Source: an uncultured Victivallales bacterium
GTDB lineage: Bacteria > Verrucomicrobiota > Kiritimatiellia > UBA8416 > CAYSRM01
Assembly (NCBI GenBank): GCA_964475205.1
Contig: CAYYVQ010000007.1
Coordinates: 1,604 to 65,603 of the forward strand
Reading direction: 5' to 3'
Length of the DNA: 64,000 nucleotides
The first letter of the stretch is position 1. Each line of letters starts with the position of its first letter. This document shows, piece by piece, positions 19,085-28,724 of the stretch. The notes below the pieces were generated by a model. That model searched no databases and was not told where the DNA came from. It saw only the letters and a program-made list of their open reading frames with translations. Both the position numbers and the translations under genes were made by a program.

Positions 19085-20799
19085 AAAAAAACACAAACAC
19101 AAATGCAAACATGTCAATGAATTCCGGGCTGGACGGTGAAGTTGTTGAGCAATTAGCACCGGTTCTTACCGATCGAGGATATGTTTCCCGGCAGCAGATG
19201 GACGAGGCGCGTCAAAGGGCGAAGTGGACCGATGAATCCCTCTATGATATCCTTTTGCATGAGGGAATAGTTTCTGAAAACATACTTCTCGAGATCCTGT
19301 CGGAATTTTCCGGGATTCCTTTCAGAAAGCTGCTTTACACCGAGATAGATGTTGAGTCAATCCGTTACGTCAATGCCAAAGTCGCAGTCAGTTATCATGT
19401 GATGCCGCTGGGTGTAAAAAACGAAAAACTGATTTTGGCATCTGATCGCATTTTTGATTCCACGACTGCGGACCAGCTCCGCCTTGTCATTGGGTTCCCG
19501 GTTGAATGGGTTTTATGCGCTCGCAATGATCTTAACCAGTGTATTAAATACTTCTATGGCGTAGGCATAGAGACGTTTGTCCAAATGAATTATGAAAAAG
19601 CGGATATCCAGGGCGCATCCGCTTCGGAACATGAAACTACCCAAGTCACAGCTTTTGTTCAGAGCATAATCGAAGACGCTGTGGGTGCCAACGCAACGGA
19701 CATACATTTTGAGCCCGATGCCTCGGGCTTGAATCTGCGTTATCGTATTGACGGAGTGCTCTCTCGAGTGACACTGCCCGAAGGGGCACAACAGTGTTTG
19801 AAGGCTGTGGTATCGGCTATAAAGGTAATGGCGCAATTAAACATTGCGGAGAAGCGGCTTCCCCAGGACGGAAGGTTTTCCACAACGTTTGACGGCGAAA
19901 GTATTGACCTGCGGGTCTCGGTCCTTCCTTCTTCGCACGGCGAAGCCGTTAACCTTAGAATCCTCAAAAGAGAAGGCACGTTCCTGGCGTTTGAACAGCT
20001 CGGTCTGCTTGAAAAACAGCGGCAAGCCCTGGATAAACTCATCCGCAATCCTCACGGCGTAATTCTTTTTACCGGTCCCACGGGCAGCGGAAAGACAACA
20101 TCACTCTACGCTACACTGGCAAGTCTCAATACAGACGAACGCAAAATAATAACGCTGGAAGATCCTGTTGAATACGACATCAGGGGTATAATGCAGTTGC
20201 AGGTCAATCCGGCAATAGGTTTCACCTTCGGCTCCGGGCTGCGTTCTACACTCAGGCATGATCCGGATATTGTGCTCATCGGCGAGATAAGAGACTACGA
20301 GACCGCTGAGATTGCTGTGAGTTCTGCTCTGACCGGACATCTTGTTTTCAGCACTCTCCATACGAATGATTCGGCAAGCGCAGTCACAAGGCTTTCAGAC
20401 ATCGGAGTAGAACCCTACCTGATAGCATCCGGGCTCAAAGGCGTTGTGAGTCAGCGCCTGGTTCGCAGAATATGCGATTCGTGCAAGGTTCCCTCCGACC
20501 TGGATTCATCTGTTACAGAGAAAATCCTTGCCAGCCTTCCCGACGCGAATCAAAACAGCCGGTTTTACAAGGGAGAAGGTTGTCCGGACTGCAGATTTAC
20601 CGGTTATCGAGGTAGAAAAGCTGTCTTTGAGATACTTGTGGTGAACGACCAGATCAGGAAAATGGTCGTACAGCAGGCCTCCAGTTCGGCCATTATGGAA
20701 CATGCCGTTTCCGAGGGGCTGCAGACACTGAGAAACAGCTGTATTGCCTGCGCCGCTGATGGGGTTACAACCATAGAAGAAGTTTTAAGGGTTACCTGA
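19081..20799 (+). CDS. GspE/PilB-family secretion ATPase
   Basis: T2SSE N-terminal domain, Walker A GPTGSGKTT, Asp box, Walker B DPDIVLIGEIRD, His box TGHLVFSTLHTN and a tetracysteine CDSC...CPDC. Confidence 0.92.
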   Translation: MKKNTNTNANMSMNSGLDGEVVEQLAPVLTDRGYVSRQQMDEARQRAKWTDESLYDILLHEGIVSENILLEILSEFSGIPFRKLLYTEIDVESIRYVNAKVAVSYHVMPLGVKNEKLILASDRIFDSTTADQLRLVIGFPVEWVLCARNDLNQCIKYFYGVGIETFVQMNYEKADIQGASASEHETTQVTAFVQSIIEDAVGANATDIHFEPDASGLNLRYRIDGVLSRVTLPEGAQQCLKAVVSAIKVMAQLNIAEKRLPQDGRFSTTFDGESIDLRVSVLPSSHGEAVNLRILKREGTFLAFEQLGLLEKQRQALDKLIRNPHGVILFTGPTGSGKTTSLYATLASLNTDERKIITLEDPVEYDIRGIMQLQVNPAIGFTFGSGLRSTLRHDPDIVLIGEIRDYETAEIAVSSALTGHLVFSTLHTNDSASAVTRLSDIGVEPYLIASGLKGVVSQRLVRRICDSCKVPSDLDSSVTEKILASLPDANQNSRFYKGEGCPDCRFTGYRGRKAVFEILVVNDQIRKMVVQQASSSAIMEHAVSEGLQTLRNSCIACAADGVTTIEEVLRVT

Positions 20800-20904
20800 G
20801 AGGACCTGTGTTTCGAATTGCTGTACTGCTTGCGCATGGACAAGACTTATTTCAGGGCTATCCGTCTGCTGCCCTGCGGTCCCGGCGAATTTAACAAAGC
20901 GCTG

Positions 20905-22011
20905 TCACTTTTTAACCTCCTCTGCAAGACGACTGAACTCCGGCAATGCGTGATTGTAAAACTTTTTCCAGCCTCTGCACAATCGACTCACTTCTTGCGG
21001 GATACTGCCCCTGCCCGGACGGTTCTTAGGACAGTCTCCCTGGCAGAGAGCAAGAAATTCACACTCAAGACATTCTTCCGAAAGTTGTTGCTTCCTCATT
21101 CCAAACCGGGAGTAAGTTTCCGAATCGGCCATGTCCTGCCATCGGTTTTGCAGAACATTTCCAAGCTTAAGTCCGGTTTCCGCAAAAAAATCACAAGGAT
21201 AGACATCGCCGTTAAATTCAACCATGAAATACTGTCTGCAATTATTCCCCATGGCGCATACATTGCTGATTCCCGTAACCAGCTTATATACAATGGAATC
21301 AAACAGCCGCACCGAAACAGTCCTGGTATCGCCGTCTATCCATTCATCAAATATCCCGCATAGAAAATCCCCCCACTGCTCGCCGTTGACAGCATAGGGC
21401 AGAAGCTCGCCTGCCCTGTCAAATTCAACGCATTCAATGTACTGGTGATGCATAAATCCAAGGCCCTTCAGATAACGATATATCTCCCCGGGGCTCTGCA
21501 CATTGGCTTGGGAAACAAGGGTAAGAATATTGAAATCAACTTTATTGCGTCTGAGTGTCTCTATCCCACGAAGCGCTTTGCTGTGCGTACCGGAGCCATC
21601 TGCGCTCCGCCTGTAACGGTTATGAATTTTTTCCGGCCCGTCAAGACTTACACCGACAAGAAAATTGTAATCTGCAAGGTGGGCAGCGAGTTCATCGTCA
21701 ATAAGTGTGCCGTTTGTCTGGAGTGCGTTAGAAACGCTGCATCCCGGGAATCCAAACTTTTTCTGATAAGCGGTTACTTTTCTGAAAAACTCTACGCCCA
21801 TCAACGTAGGCTCGCCGCCTTGCCAGCCGAACGAGTATACGGGTTGAGGACTGGCCATGTAGCTGCGCACAGTCTCTCTAAGCGTTTCGTCGCTCATTCT
21901 GTGAGTCGCTGTCTCGGGATACAGTCCGGCTTTGGGCAGGTAGAAACAATAACTGCACCGCAGATTGCAGTCCGCAGAAGCAGGCTTAATCAATAGCGAA
22001 AAGCTTTTCAT
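20905..22011 (-). CDS. anaerobic sulfatase-maturating enzyme (radical SAM/SPASM)
   Basis: CNLRCSYCFY radical-SAM triad near the N-terminus. C-terminal SPASM cysteines (CRQYFMVEFNGDVYPCDFF, CLECEFLALCQGDC). Confidence 0.85.
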   Translation of the reverse strand: MKSFSLLIKPASADCNLRCSYCFYLPKAGLYPETATHRMSDETLRETVRSYMASPQPVYSFGWQGGEPTLMGVEFFRKVTAYQKKFGFPGCSVSNALQTNGTLIDDELAAHLADYNFLVGVSLDGPEKIHNRYRRSADGSGTHSKALRGIETLRRNKVDFNILTLVSQANVQSPGEIYRYLKGLGFMHHQYIECVEFDRAGELLPYAVNGEQWGDFLCGIFDEWIDGDTRTVSVRLFDSIVYKLVTGISNVCAMGNNCRQYFMVEFNGDVYPCDFFAETGLKLGNVLQNRWQDMADSETYSRFGMRKQQLSEECLECEFLALCQGDCPKNRPGRGSIPQEVSRLCRGWKKFYNHALPEFSRLAEEVKK

Positions 22012-22019
22012 TGAGTCAT

Positions 22020-22976
22020 CTACTTCAGCGCCACCATTCCCTTTAAAGTGTCAAGACGCTCCTCGATTTCATCCATACTAAGCTCGCTCAGCCGTTCAAG
22101 GCTGAACTCTTCCACGCCGAAAGATGCCACCACAGCGCCGTACATAAGCGCTTTTCTGATTGCTCTGCGGTTTACTTCTCCGTCCCTGGCAAGCGACCCC
22201 ATGAATCCGCCGGCAAAAGAATCTCCAGCGCCTGTCGCGTCCCTTATTTCGTTGACCGGAAAAGCCGGAACAATAAAGATGCTCCCGTCTGAAAACAACA
22301 TGCCGCCATGTTCGCCTTTCTTAATGACCACGTAGTCCGGCCCCATATCCATGATTTTTTCTGCGCATTTTTTTAGGTTGTGTTCGTCTGTGAGGAGCCT
22401 CGCTTCACTGTCGTTCAAACTTAACATGTCCACTCGGCCGATTACCTGTTCGAGATCATGTCTGCTAATATTAATCCATAGATCCATAGTATCAGCAACT
22501 ACAAAGCGCGGGGACTTTATCTGTGAAAGAACATGCAACTGCAGCTCCGGAGAAATATTACCCAGAAGCACGAAAGGTGCGCTGGTGTAGGCGGAAGGAA
22601 GATCCGGCGAAAAAGTCTCAAACACATTTAAATCTGTGGCCAATGTGTGTCGGTCGTTCATATTTTCTTCATAAACGCCGGACCAGCGGAAAGTCTTGCC
22701 CGGCGAAATCTGCAGACCTTGAAGGTCAATGCCGAATTTTTCATAAGCGGACCTATGCCTGCTGGGAAAATCTTCTCCAGCCACGGCTACCATCCCGACT
22801 TTTGTAAAAAACGACGCCCCTGAACAAGCATAGCTCACAGATCCCCCCAGAAGCTCTTCTCTTCTTTCCTGGGGCGTTTCTATGGTATCTAGTCCCAGTG
22901 ATCCTACTACGATTAATTCCGGTCTGTCCGTTATTTCTTTTTTTTTATCCATACTTGCTATATACTCCTTTTCCAA
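22020..22976 (-). CDS. PfkB-family carbohydrate/nucleoside kinase
   Basis: LGGSVSYA N-terminal motif and DATGAGDSFAGGF (PfkB signature 2). An alternative start is at ATG 22952. Confidence 0.85.
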   Translation of the reverse strand: MEKEYIASMDKKKEITDRPELIVVGSLGLDTIETPQERREELLGGSVSYACSGASFFTKVGMVAVAGEDFPSRHRSAYEKFGIDLQGLQISPGKTFRWSGVYEENMNDRHTLATDLNVFETFSPDLPSAYTSAPFVLLGNISPELQLHVLSQIKSPRFVVADTMDLWINISRHDLEQVIGRVDMLSLNDSEARLLTDEHNLKKCAEKIMDMGPDYVVIKKGEHGGMLFSDGSIFIVPAFPVNEIRDATGAGDSFAGGFMGSLARDGEVNRRAIRKALMYGAVVASFGVEEFSLERLSELSMDEIEERLDTLKGMVALK

Positions 22977-23083
22977 CTTGCGATCAGCTTATCAGGATTG
23001 AAACGGCGTCGAATGAAGGCCAATTCAATGCCCGTGGCCCGCCGACTGAACCCCGACTGGGCTTTGCTATTTATCAGGGCCGG

Positions 23084-23614
23084 TCACACCGGTCTATGTT
23101 CCGACGCAATTTCCTTGACTGTAATCTCCACGCGTCTGACATCCGATATCCCCAGTCCGTTGCTCATTGCTTCGCGTATACGGCTCTGCATCAGTTCACA
23201 TGCCTCATGTATCTGCGGGCCGGCCTTTACCTTCAATTCAACATTGATATCTATTGCCTGCCTGCGAGGAAAAACTTCCGGCCTCATTCGCATCACCGAA
23301 GGAAACTCAGAAGACAGCCTGGCAATATAGTCTTCAATGGCCTCAGTGCTGATGCTTGTTGTGCCTTCTTCGCCATCATAAGAAAGGTACCGTGTGCGCT
23401 TTGGTTTTTTCATGCCGGATGCGGCATATATAACGCCAAATGCAAGCAGGCCGGCTCCTATGGCCAGCGCAACGCCTCGTTCCCGCTCAGCATTGTACAG
23501 CGCCAGCCGCCACCATGATTCAGTCACAGATGAAAGGGTAATAAAAAAGCCACCCCCCAGAATTGCGAGCAGGAGAATGAATTCCACTATCCTGTTAAGA
23601 AATTTCATAATCAA
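23084..23614 (-). CDS. Asp23/AmaP-like membrane-anchored protein
   Basis: Two N-terminal TM helices and a C-terminal Asp23/Gls24-like pattern (ISTEAIEDYIARL...INVELKVKAGPQIHEAC...VRRVEITVKEI). Start is either TTG 23614 or ATG 23608. Confidence 0.5.
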   Translation of the reverse strand: MIMKFLNRIVEFILLLAILGGGFFITLSSVTESWWRLALYNAERERGVALAIGAGLLAFGVIYAASGMKKPKRTRYLSYDGEEGTTSISTEAIEDYIARLSSEFPSVMRMRPEVFPRRQAIDINVELKVKAGPQIHEACELMQSRIREAMSNGLGISDVRRVEITVKEIASEHRPV

Positions 23615-23688
23615 TTTTCCTCCAGTTCATAGGCGTCTGTTTTTTTGCGTCTGTTTTTTGCGGTCTGAAAAAAGCGCCTCCCATCATT

Positions 23689-24135
23689 TTATTTTCCACA
23701 AGATCCTCCCAAATATGCAGCCAACCCCTGCAATGCAAGGGTATAGCTTCGGGCGCCGAAACCCTGCACTTGCGCGAGGCAAGCTCCGGCAGTCAGGTTT
23801 TTCTGTCTGAAATCCTCCCTGGCATGAACATTTGATAAATGCGTTTCGACGCATGGCAGGCCGCAGGCTGCAAGCGCGTCCCTCAAGGCAACGCTGGTGT
23901 GAGTGTATCCGGCTGGATTGATGATTATTCCGTCATATTCACTTCCAGCCTGGCCGACCTTTGTTATCAATTCGCCTTCTTCGTTGCTATGAAAGAAATC
24001 AATTTCAACATCCAGCAACTCCGCATTTCGTCTCAACTCGCGGATTATATCATCAAGGGTCTCTGTGCCGTACACATCAGGCTCGCGCCTTCCAAGCAGG
24101 TCCAGGTTCGGCCCGTTAACAACAAGAATTTTCAA
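23689..24135 (-). CDS. aroQ: type II 3-dehydroquinate dehydratase
   Basis: MKILVVNGPNLDLLGRREPDVYG..., INPAGYTHTSVALRDA and ETHLSNVHAREDFR are classic AroQ motifs. Confidence 0.93.
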   Translation of the reverse strand: MKILVVNGPNLDLLGRREPDVYGTETLDDIIRELRRNAELLDVEIDFFHSNEEGELITKVGQAGSEYDGIIINPAGYTHTSVALRDALAACGLPCVETHLSNVHAREDFRQKNLTAGACLAQVQGFGARSYTLALQGLAAYLGGSCGK

Positions 24136-24137
24136 TC

Positions 24138-25025
24138 CTAGCCTCCTCTGTCTTTCTTTTTATTGCTGCCTTCACCCGGCTCGATATTATCCTGGTGTCT
24201 ATGAAAATCCCAACTCCTGTGGACCTCGTCGCCCCGGTATTCAACCTTTCGCTGGTCTTCGGTTTTCACTGTTACAGTCTGCCTTAGAATATTCTTGTCT
24301 ATAACCTTGCCTTTTCCTTCATGGCCTTCGACTTTAGTTCCTATTTTGGGAAGAAATTTATCAAGCTCCCGATAAGTATCATACTCGTATTTAAGGCAAC
24401 ACTTCAGCCTGCCGCAGCATCCGCCAATGCTGGCAGGGCTGAGCGACATTCTCTGTCTCTTTGCCATCTTGACATTTATGGATTCAAATTTATTCAACCA
24501 TGAGCAACAACAGAAATTCCGGCCGCAGGGACCTATTCCACCGATGATACCTGCCTCATCCCTGACTCCGATCTGTGAGTCCCTGACTTTGCAGCCCAGA
24601 TCAGCAGCAACATCTTTGTTGAACTCGCGGGTATCGACCTTCTCTTCCGCCGAAAAGACGAGAAACAGAACCGATCGGTCAAAACTGTAACGTCCCCTGA
24701 CTATTCTTATATCTATTTCATGTTCCCTGGCCTTTGCTTCGCATTTTTCCAAGGCCATTTTGGTTCTTAAAGAGCTTTCGGCCGCCTTTGACTGATCCTG
24801 CAGCGTGGCCCTGCGCAGGATCCTGCCTTGCTCTTCATGTTCCTGGTTTTTGGTTTTTTCTTCAGCAAAAGAAACCACAAGTCCGTACTCAGTGCAACCA
24901 TCGTGCTCAATCACACAATAGTCTCCGCGGTGCACAGACATCTGGTCCGGGCATTCGCACCAGACCCTTGGCCCATCCTTTATTTCCACATGGACAAATT
25001 GATTCATTTGATTTTCCTGCAACAA
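24138..25025 (-). CDS. ricT: PSP1-domain protein (RicT/YaaT-like)
   Basis: PSP1 C-terminal domain with cysteine-rich GPCGRNFCCCSWL...CCGRLKCCLKYE. Conserved tmk-holB-ricT gene order. Confidence 0.85.
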   Translation of the reverse strand: MLQENQMNQFVHVEIKDGPRVWCECPDQMSVHRGDYCVIEHDGCTEYGLVVSFAEEKTKNQEHEEQGRILRRATLQDQSKAAESSLRTKMALEKCEAKAREHEIDIRIVRGRYSFDRSVLFLVFSAEEKVDTREFNKDVAADLGCKVRDSQIGVRDEAGIIGGIGPCGRNFCCCSWLNKFESINVKMAKRQRMSLSPASIGGCCGRLKCCLKYEYDTYRELDKFLPKIGTKVEGHEGKGKVIDKNILRQTVTVKTEDQRKVEYRGDEVHRSWDFHRHQDNIEPGEGSNKKKDRGG

Positions 25026-25030
25026 ACCTT

Positions 25031-26017
25031 TCAGTTACTGCGCTCTCCAACTTCAAACATGCGACCCATCCCGAAACTGAAGACCGTTTCCTCGGTCAGG
25101 TTTCTTTCAAGTTTATCATTCATCTGCTCAATCATTCCTGCTTCATGAATCGCCCTGATACAGCCCATCCGGTCGGCCTCGGATTGTAGAACATCAATGT
25201 TTTCAGTGTTTTTTACAAGCAAAGGATCGCCTCCGGCGGCAAGGACAGCTATGTCCCTGTGCCAGTTTATCATAAACCTCAATATCTCGCTTCTGATCCC
25301 TTTGTAACGCGCTCCCGCCCTTGCATTCACTGTTTCATTGTCTATTTCCCGCCCATTCTCCTGCGCCACGGTCTTAACGTGATCTTCTGCACATTGTTTA
25401 ATGCCGCGCAGCAGATTAGTAATCCTCGACGCGTAGCCGAAGGCCGCAACAGAACAGGCGCCCGAGCCTGTCGCTACACGGCTTCTCAGTATTTCAATCA
25501 GTTCATTCTTTATTTCTTCAGGCAGATTCTCTTCGTTCTCGTGCAGCGAAATCCGCTGACACCTGGACACAATGGTCGGCAATAGCGCCGATGGAGTGTC
25601 GCTGAGAAGAAAAAATACCGTTTTTTCAGCCGGTTCCTCGAGAGTCTTCAAAAAAGCGTTTGCCGCCTGGGTTCCCAACCTGTCGGCAGCCACAATAACA
25701 CCTGCTTTCCACCAGCCCGAATATGCTGTCTGGGCCATCCTTTCCCGGAGGCCCCGTATCTGGTCCACTGATATAACGCGGCTTTTCTTTTCAGGCTCGA
25801 GCCATTGTACATCAGGATGAGCTCTTTTGCAAATCTGTCGGCACACGGAACACTGCCTGCAACCGTCGTCTTGTTCTTTGCAGTGAATCATGAGAAGGAT
25901 CTCTTCTGTCAAGGCAAGAGCTTCTCCCTCCGGCGGCCCCACAATAAGATATGCCTGGGCAAACCTGCCATTATGCCAAGTGTTTTTCAGTTGTTTCAGC
26001 GCATGTTCAGCTTTCAT
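25031..26017 (-). CDS. holB: DNA polymerase III subunit delta-prime
   Basis: Clamp-loader AAA+ layout: AYLIVGPPEGEA degenerate P-loop, Zn-module CRQCSVCRQI and LKTLEEP. Confidence 0.85.
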   Translation of the reverse strand: MKAEHALKQLKNTWHNGRFAQAYLIVGPPEGEALALTEEILLMIHCKEQDDGCRQCSVCRQICKRAHPDVQWLEPEKKSRVISVDQIRGLRERMAQTAYSGWWKAGVIVAADRLGTQAANAFLKTLEEPAEKTVFFLLSDTPSALLPTIVSRCQRISLHENEENLPEEIKNELIEILRSRVATGSGACSVAAFGYASRITNLLRGIKQCAEDHVKTVAQENGREIDNETVNARAGARYKGIRSEILRFMINWHRDIAVLAAGGDPLLVKNTENIDVLQSEADRMGCIRAIHEAGMIEQMNDKLERNLTEETVFSFGMGRMFEVGERSN

Positions 26018-26720
26018 GACAGCCCCGCTTCGAGAGCAAACGGTCTTTCAGAATTTGCCAGATTTCTGAATGCAGATCCCCGGCCGGCAGGCTTCCGTCA
26101 AGCACAACAAGCCTTTCGGGCTGCCCGGCTGCAAAATCCAGGTAACCACTCCGAACCCTCGAATGAAAATCAACACCTGCCCTTTCCATCCTGTCGTACC
26201 CCCGCCCGGTAATTGCCTCCCTGCACTTCAGTCTTTCAAAACCTGCATTAATTTCAAGGTCCAGCAAGAAAGTGACATCAGGCATACAATCACCAACCGC
26301 AAAATCATTTATTTTTTTCATTGCCTCCATCCCCAGCCCGCGCGCGTAACCCTGGTATACAGTGGTTGAATCCACAAATCTGTCCGCAATAACTACTTTT
26401 CCCTCGTTTAAAGCCGGGCAAATAACAGTTTGCACAAGTTGAGCGCGGCTGGCCGCAAATAGCAGCGCTTCAGCTTCGGGAACAATCGGTTCATTTGCCA
26501 GGTCATGCTGCAAAATATCCCTGATGAGTTCTCCGGTCTTTGTGCCGCCAGGTTCCCTTACTTTCACCACCTCGCGTCCTGAGCTGTTGAAGCGGGAAGC
26601 AAGCAGTTCAACCTGGGTCGATTTCCCACAGGCTTCAGGGCCTTCAAAACTGAGAAAAAGCCCTTTCAATGCCTTTGCCTTTTCACCTGTGTTCCCCCGG
26701 CAGTATCTTTTAGCTCCCAT
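26007..26720 (-). CDS. tmk: thymidylate kinase
   Basis: FLSFEGPEACGKSTQ P-loop, DRFVDST and a LID region. The longest ORF overlaps cysS by 55 nt. A TTG at 26669 (giving MKGLFLSFEG) forms a TTGA overlap with the cysS stop and may be the true start. Confidence 0.9.
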   Translation of the reverse strand: MGAKRYCRGNTGEKAKALKGLFLSFEGPEACGKSTQVELLASRFNSSGREVVKVREPGGTKTGELIRDILQHDLANEPIVPEAEALLFAASRAQLVQTVICPALNEGKVVIADRFVDSTTVYQGYARGLGMEAMKKINDFAVGDCMPDVTFLLDLEINAGFERLKCREAITGRGYDRMERAGVDFHSRVRSGYLDFAAGQPERLVVLDGSLPAGDLHSEIWQILKDRLLSKRGCHES

Positions 26721-28066
26721 CCCATCTCCTGCAATTTGTCGCGGATTGCGTCCGCTTGCTCAAAATCGCGTTTTGCCCTGGCTTCCTCGCGTTTTGAAAC
26801 CATATCGGCCACTTCCACCGGCGTTTCTTGCTTGCTGCCCATAACCCCTAGAATGCTGTCTATCTTTTTCAGCGCAGATAAAGCCAAAGCAGCTTCCGCC
26901 GGATCTGTGTCTCCTGAAGCAAGAGCCCTGTTCCCGCTTCTTATCATCTCAAACAAACTGCTTAAAGCCTCAGGCATGTTCAGATCATCGTCGAGAGCTT
27001 TTCTGAATCCGTTCAGACCTTTTTCGGCCCATCGGGGAAAAGGTCCTTCCGGTTCCTCGCCGGCTCCGGCAATTTCCGCGAGGGCGCCCCTGAATTCTTC
27101 AATGCGCTTCAAGGCCGCGCGGGCAGCATCACAAGTATCAAACGTGAAATTAAGCTGCTGCCGGTAATGCCCCGAAAGCAGAACATACCTGACTTCCGCC
27201 CCGGTGTAGCCCTTTTCCATTACCTGGCGGAGAGTGTAAAAATTGCCTTCGGATTTGGACATTTTTTTGCCGTCTACCACAAGATATCCGCAGTGCAGCC
27301 AGTAGCGGACAAATTGCCTGCCTGTGGCACCCTCGCTCTGGGCTATTTCATTTTCATGGTGAGGGAAAATATTATCCACACCCCCGGTGTGAATATCAAA
27401 TGAGTCGCCCAGATACTTCGAACTCATGGCAGAACATTCAATATGCCATCCAGGCCGTCCTTCGCCCCATGGAGATTCCCACTTAACATCGCCATCCTCT
27501 TTGCTCCAGGCCTTCCACAAAGCGAAATCCGCAACACTCTCTTTGTCATATTCATCCTGGGCAACCCTGGCGCCTGCCCGGAGTCCGGAAACATCCAGAT
27601 GCGCAAGCTTACCGTAACCTTCAAACCTGGATACATCAAAGTAGACCGACCCGTCGCCAGACACGTATGCGTATCCTTTTTCAAGTAATTGCTCTATGAT
27701 GCCGATCATGGCATCAACATGGCCGGTAGCTGATGGATAATATTCTGCACGCTCAATATTCAGGCGGTTCAGATCCTCAAAAAAAGCCTCTTTATACCGG
27801 CCCGTGTACTCATCAAGCGTTAAGTTCTGTGCTTTCGCCCCACGTATAGTTTTGTCGTCAACATCAGTCAGGTTCATTACCTGAATCACTTTAAATCCCC
27901 GGGACTTCAGGTGGCGTCTCAATATGTCTTCAAAAACGTAAGCCCTGAAATTTCCTATGTGAGCGTAATCATAGACTGTCGGCCCGCATGTATACATTCG
28001 AACCTGCCCCGGAGTCAGCGGCTCGAATTCGTCAATTTCCCGGGTAAGCGTATTGTAAAACCTCAT
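26666..28066 (-). CDS. cysS: cysteine--tRNA ligase
   Basis: HIGNFRAY (HIGH) and KMSKS motifs. Start taken at MRFYNTLTRE (ATG 28066), downstream of the ispF stop. Confidence 0.95.
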   Translation of the reverse strand: MRFYNTLTREIDEFEPLTPGQVRMYTCGPTVYDYAHIGNFRAYVFEDILRRHLKSRGFKVIQVMNLTDVDDKTIRGAKAQNLTLDEYTGRYKEAFFEDLNRLNIERAEYYPSATGHVDAMIGIIEQLLEKGYAYVSGDGSVYFDVSRFEGYGKLAHLDVSGLRAGARVAQDEYDKESVADFALWKAWSKEDGDVKWESPWGEGRPGWHIECSAMSSKYLGDSFDIHTGGVDNIFPHHENEIAQSEGATGRQFVRYWLHCGYLVVDGKKMSKSEGNFYTLRQVMEKGYTGAEVRYVLLSGHYRQQLNFTFDTCDAARAALKRIEEFRGALAEIAGAGEEPEGPFPRWAEKGLNGFRKALDDDLNMPEALSSLFEMIRSGNRALASGDTDPAEAALALSALKKIDSILGVMGSKQETPVEVADMVSKREEARAKRDFEQADAIRDKLQEMGWELKDTAGGTQVKRQRH

Positions 28067-28082
28067 TTTTATTCCCTCAGAT

Positions 28083-28565
28083 TTATCCTTTCTCAATTGT
28101 CGCCACAGCCATTCCAGCCAGGCCTTCTCCTCTGCCGGTGAATCCCATGCCTTCTGTAGTAGTAGCTTTTATACTCACGTTCCGGCTTTCAATTCCAAGC
28201 ATTTCCCCAAGCCTCGAACGCATTTCGGGAACATACCGGCCTATCCTCGGCTCCTCGCCAATCAAAACCAGGTCGACATTAACCACCCTGTAATCCTTAC
28301 GCCTGAGAATATCGACAGTCCAACCCAGCAGATTAACGCTCGAAACGTCCTTGTACTCCGGCGCGCCCGGCGGAAAATGCGTCCCGATGTCGCCCTCTCC
28401 GGCTGCGCCAAGGAGCGCATCCATCAAGGCATGGATAAGCACGTCAGCGTCGGAATGACCCGCCAGCCCGCGGGTCGATTCAACTTCCACCCCCGCGAGG
28501 AACAAGACGCGTCCACTTTGAAAACGATGCGCATCAAAACCTATGCCTGTACGTACATTACTCAT
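28083..28565 (-). CDS. ispF: 2-C-methyl-D-erythritol 2,4-cyclodiphosphate synthase
   Basis: GIGFDAHRF, GHSDADVLIHA and ATTTEGMGFTGRGEG motifs. Confidence 0.95.
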   Translation of the reverse strand: MSNVRTGIGFDAHRFQSGRVLFLAGVEVESTRGLAGHSDADVLIHALMDALLGAAGEGDIGTHFPPGAPEYKDVSSVNLLGWTVDILRRKDYRVVNVDLVLIGEEPRIGRYVPEMRSRLGEMLGIESRNVSIKATTTEGMGFTGRGEGLAGMAVATIEKG

Positions 28566-28724
28566 GGCTTAACTCTAACGGCTCTCCCTTGCAAACTCAA
28601 GCTGATCGTTGGAATATTGCGTGCATCTCTGGTGCGACACCTCTGCCCTATATGTACTTTCGCAATCTTAATCCGCATTGATCACACTTTTTCGAGCAGA
28701 AACGGTTCAGGGTATCAGCAGTGT

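Noticed and set aside
22938-22946. A 9-nt homopolymer (T9 on the plus strand, A9 in the PfkB kinase 5' coding region, encoding KKK), considered as a phase-variation tract.
   Set aside because: It is a single modest tract in a housekeeping-type gene with an alternative downstream-compatible start. Nothing can be said about variability from one sequence.
23633-23667. T-rich tandem repeat GCGTCTG(T)7 GCGTCTG(T)6 GCGGTCTG between aroQ and the Asp23-like gene.
   Set aside because: There are only ~2.5 short units, with no other copies in the window. It is most simply a slippage product or spacer, and no function can be argued from the sequence.
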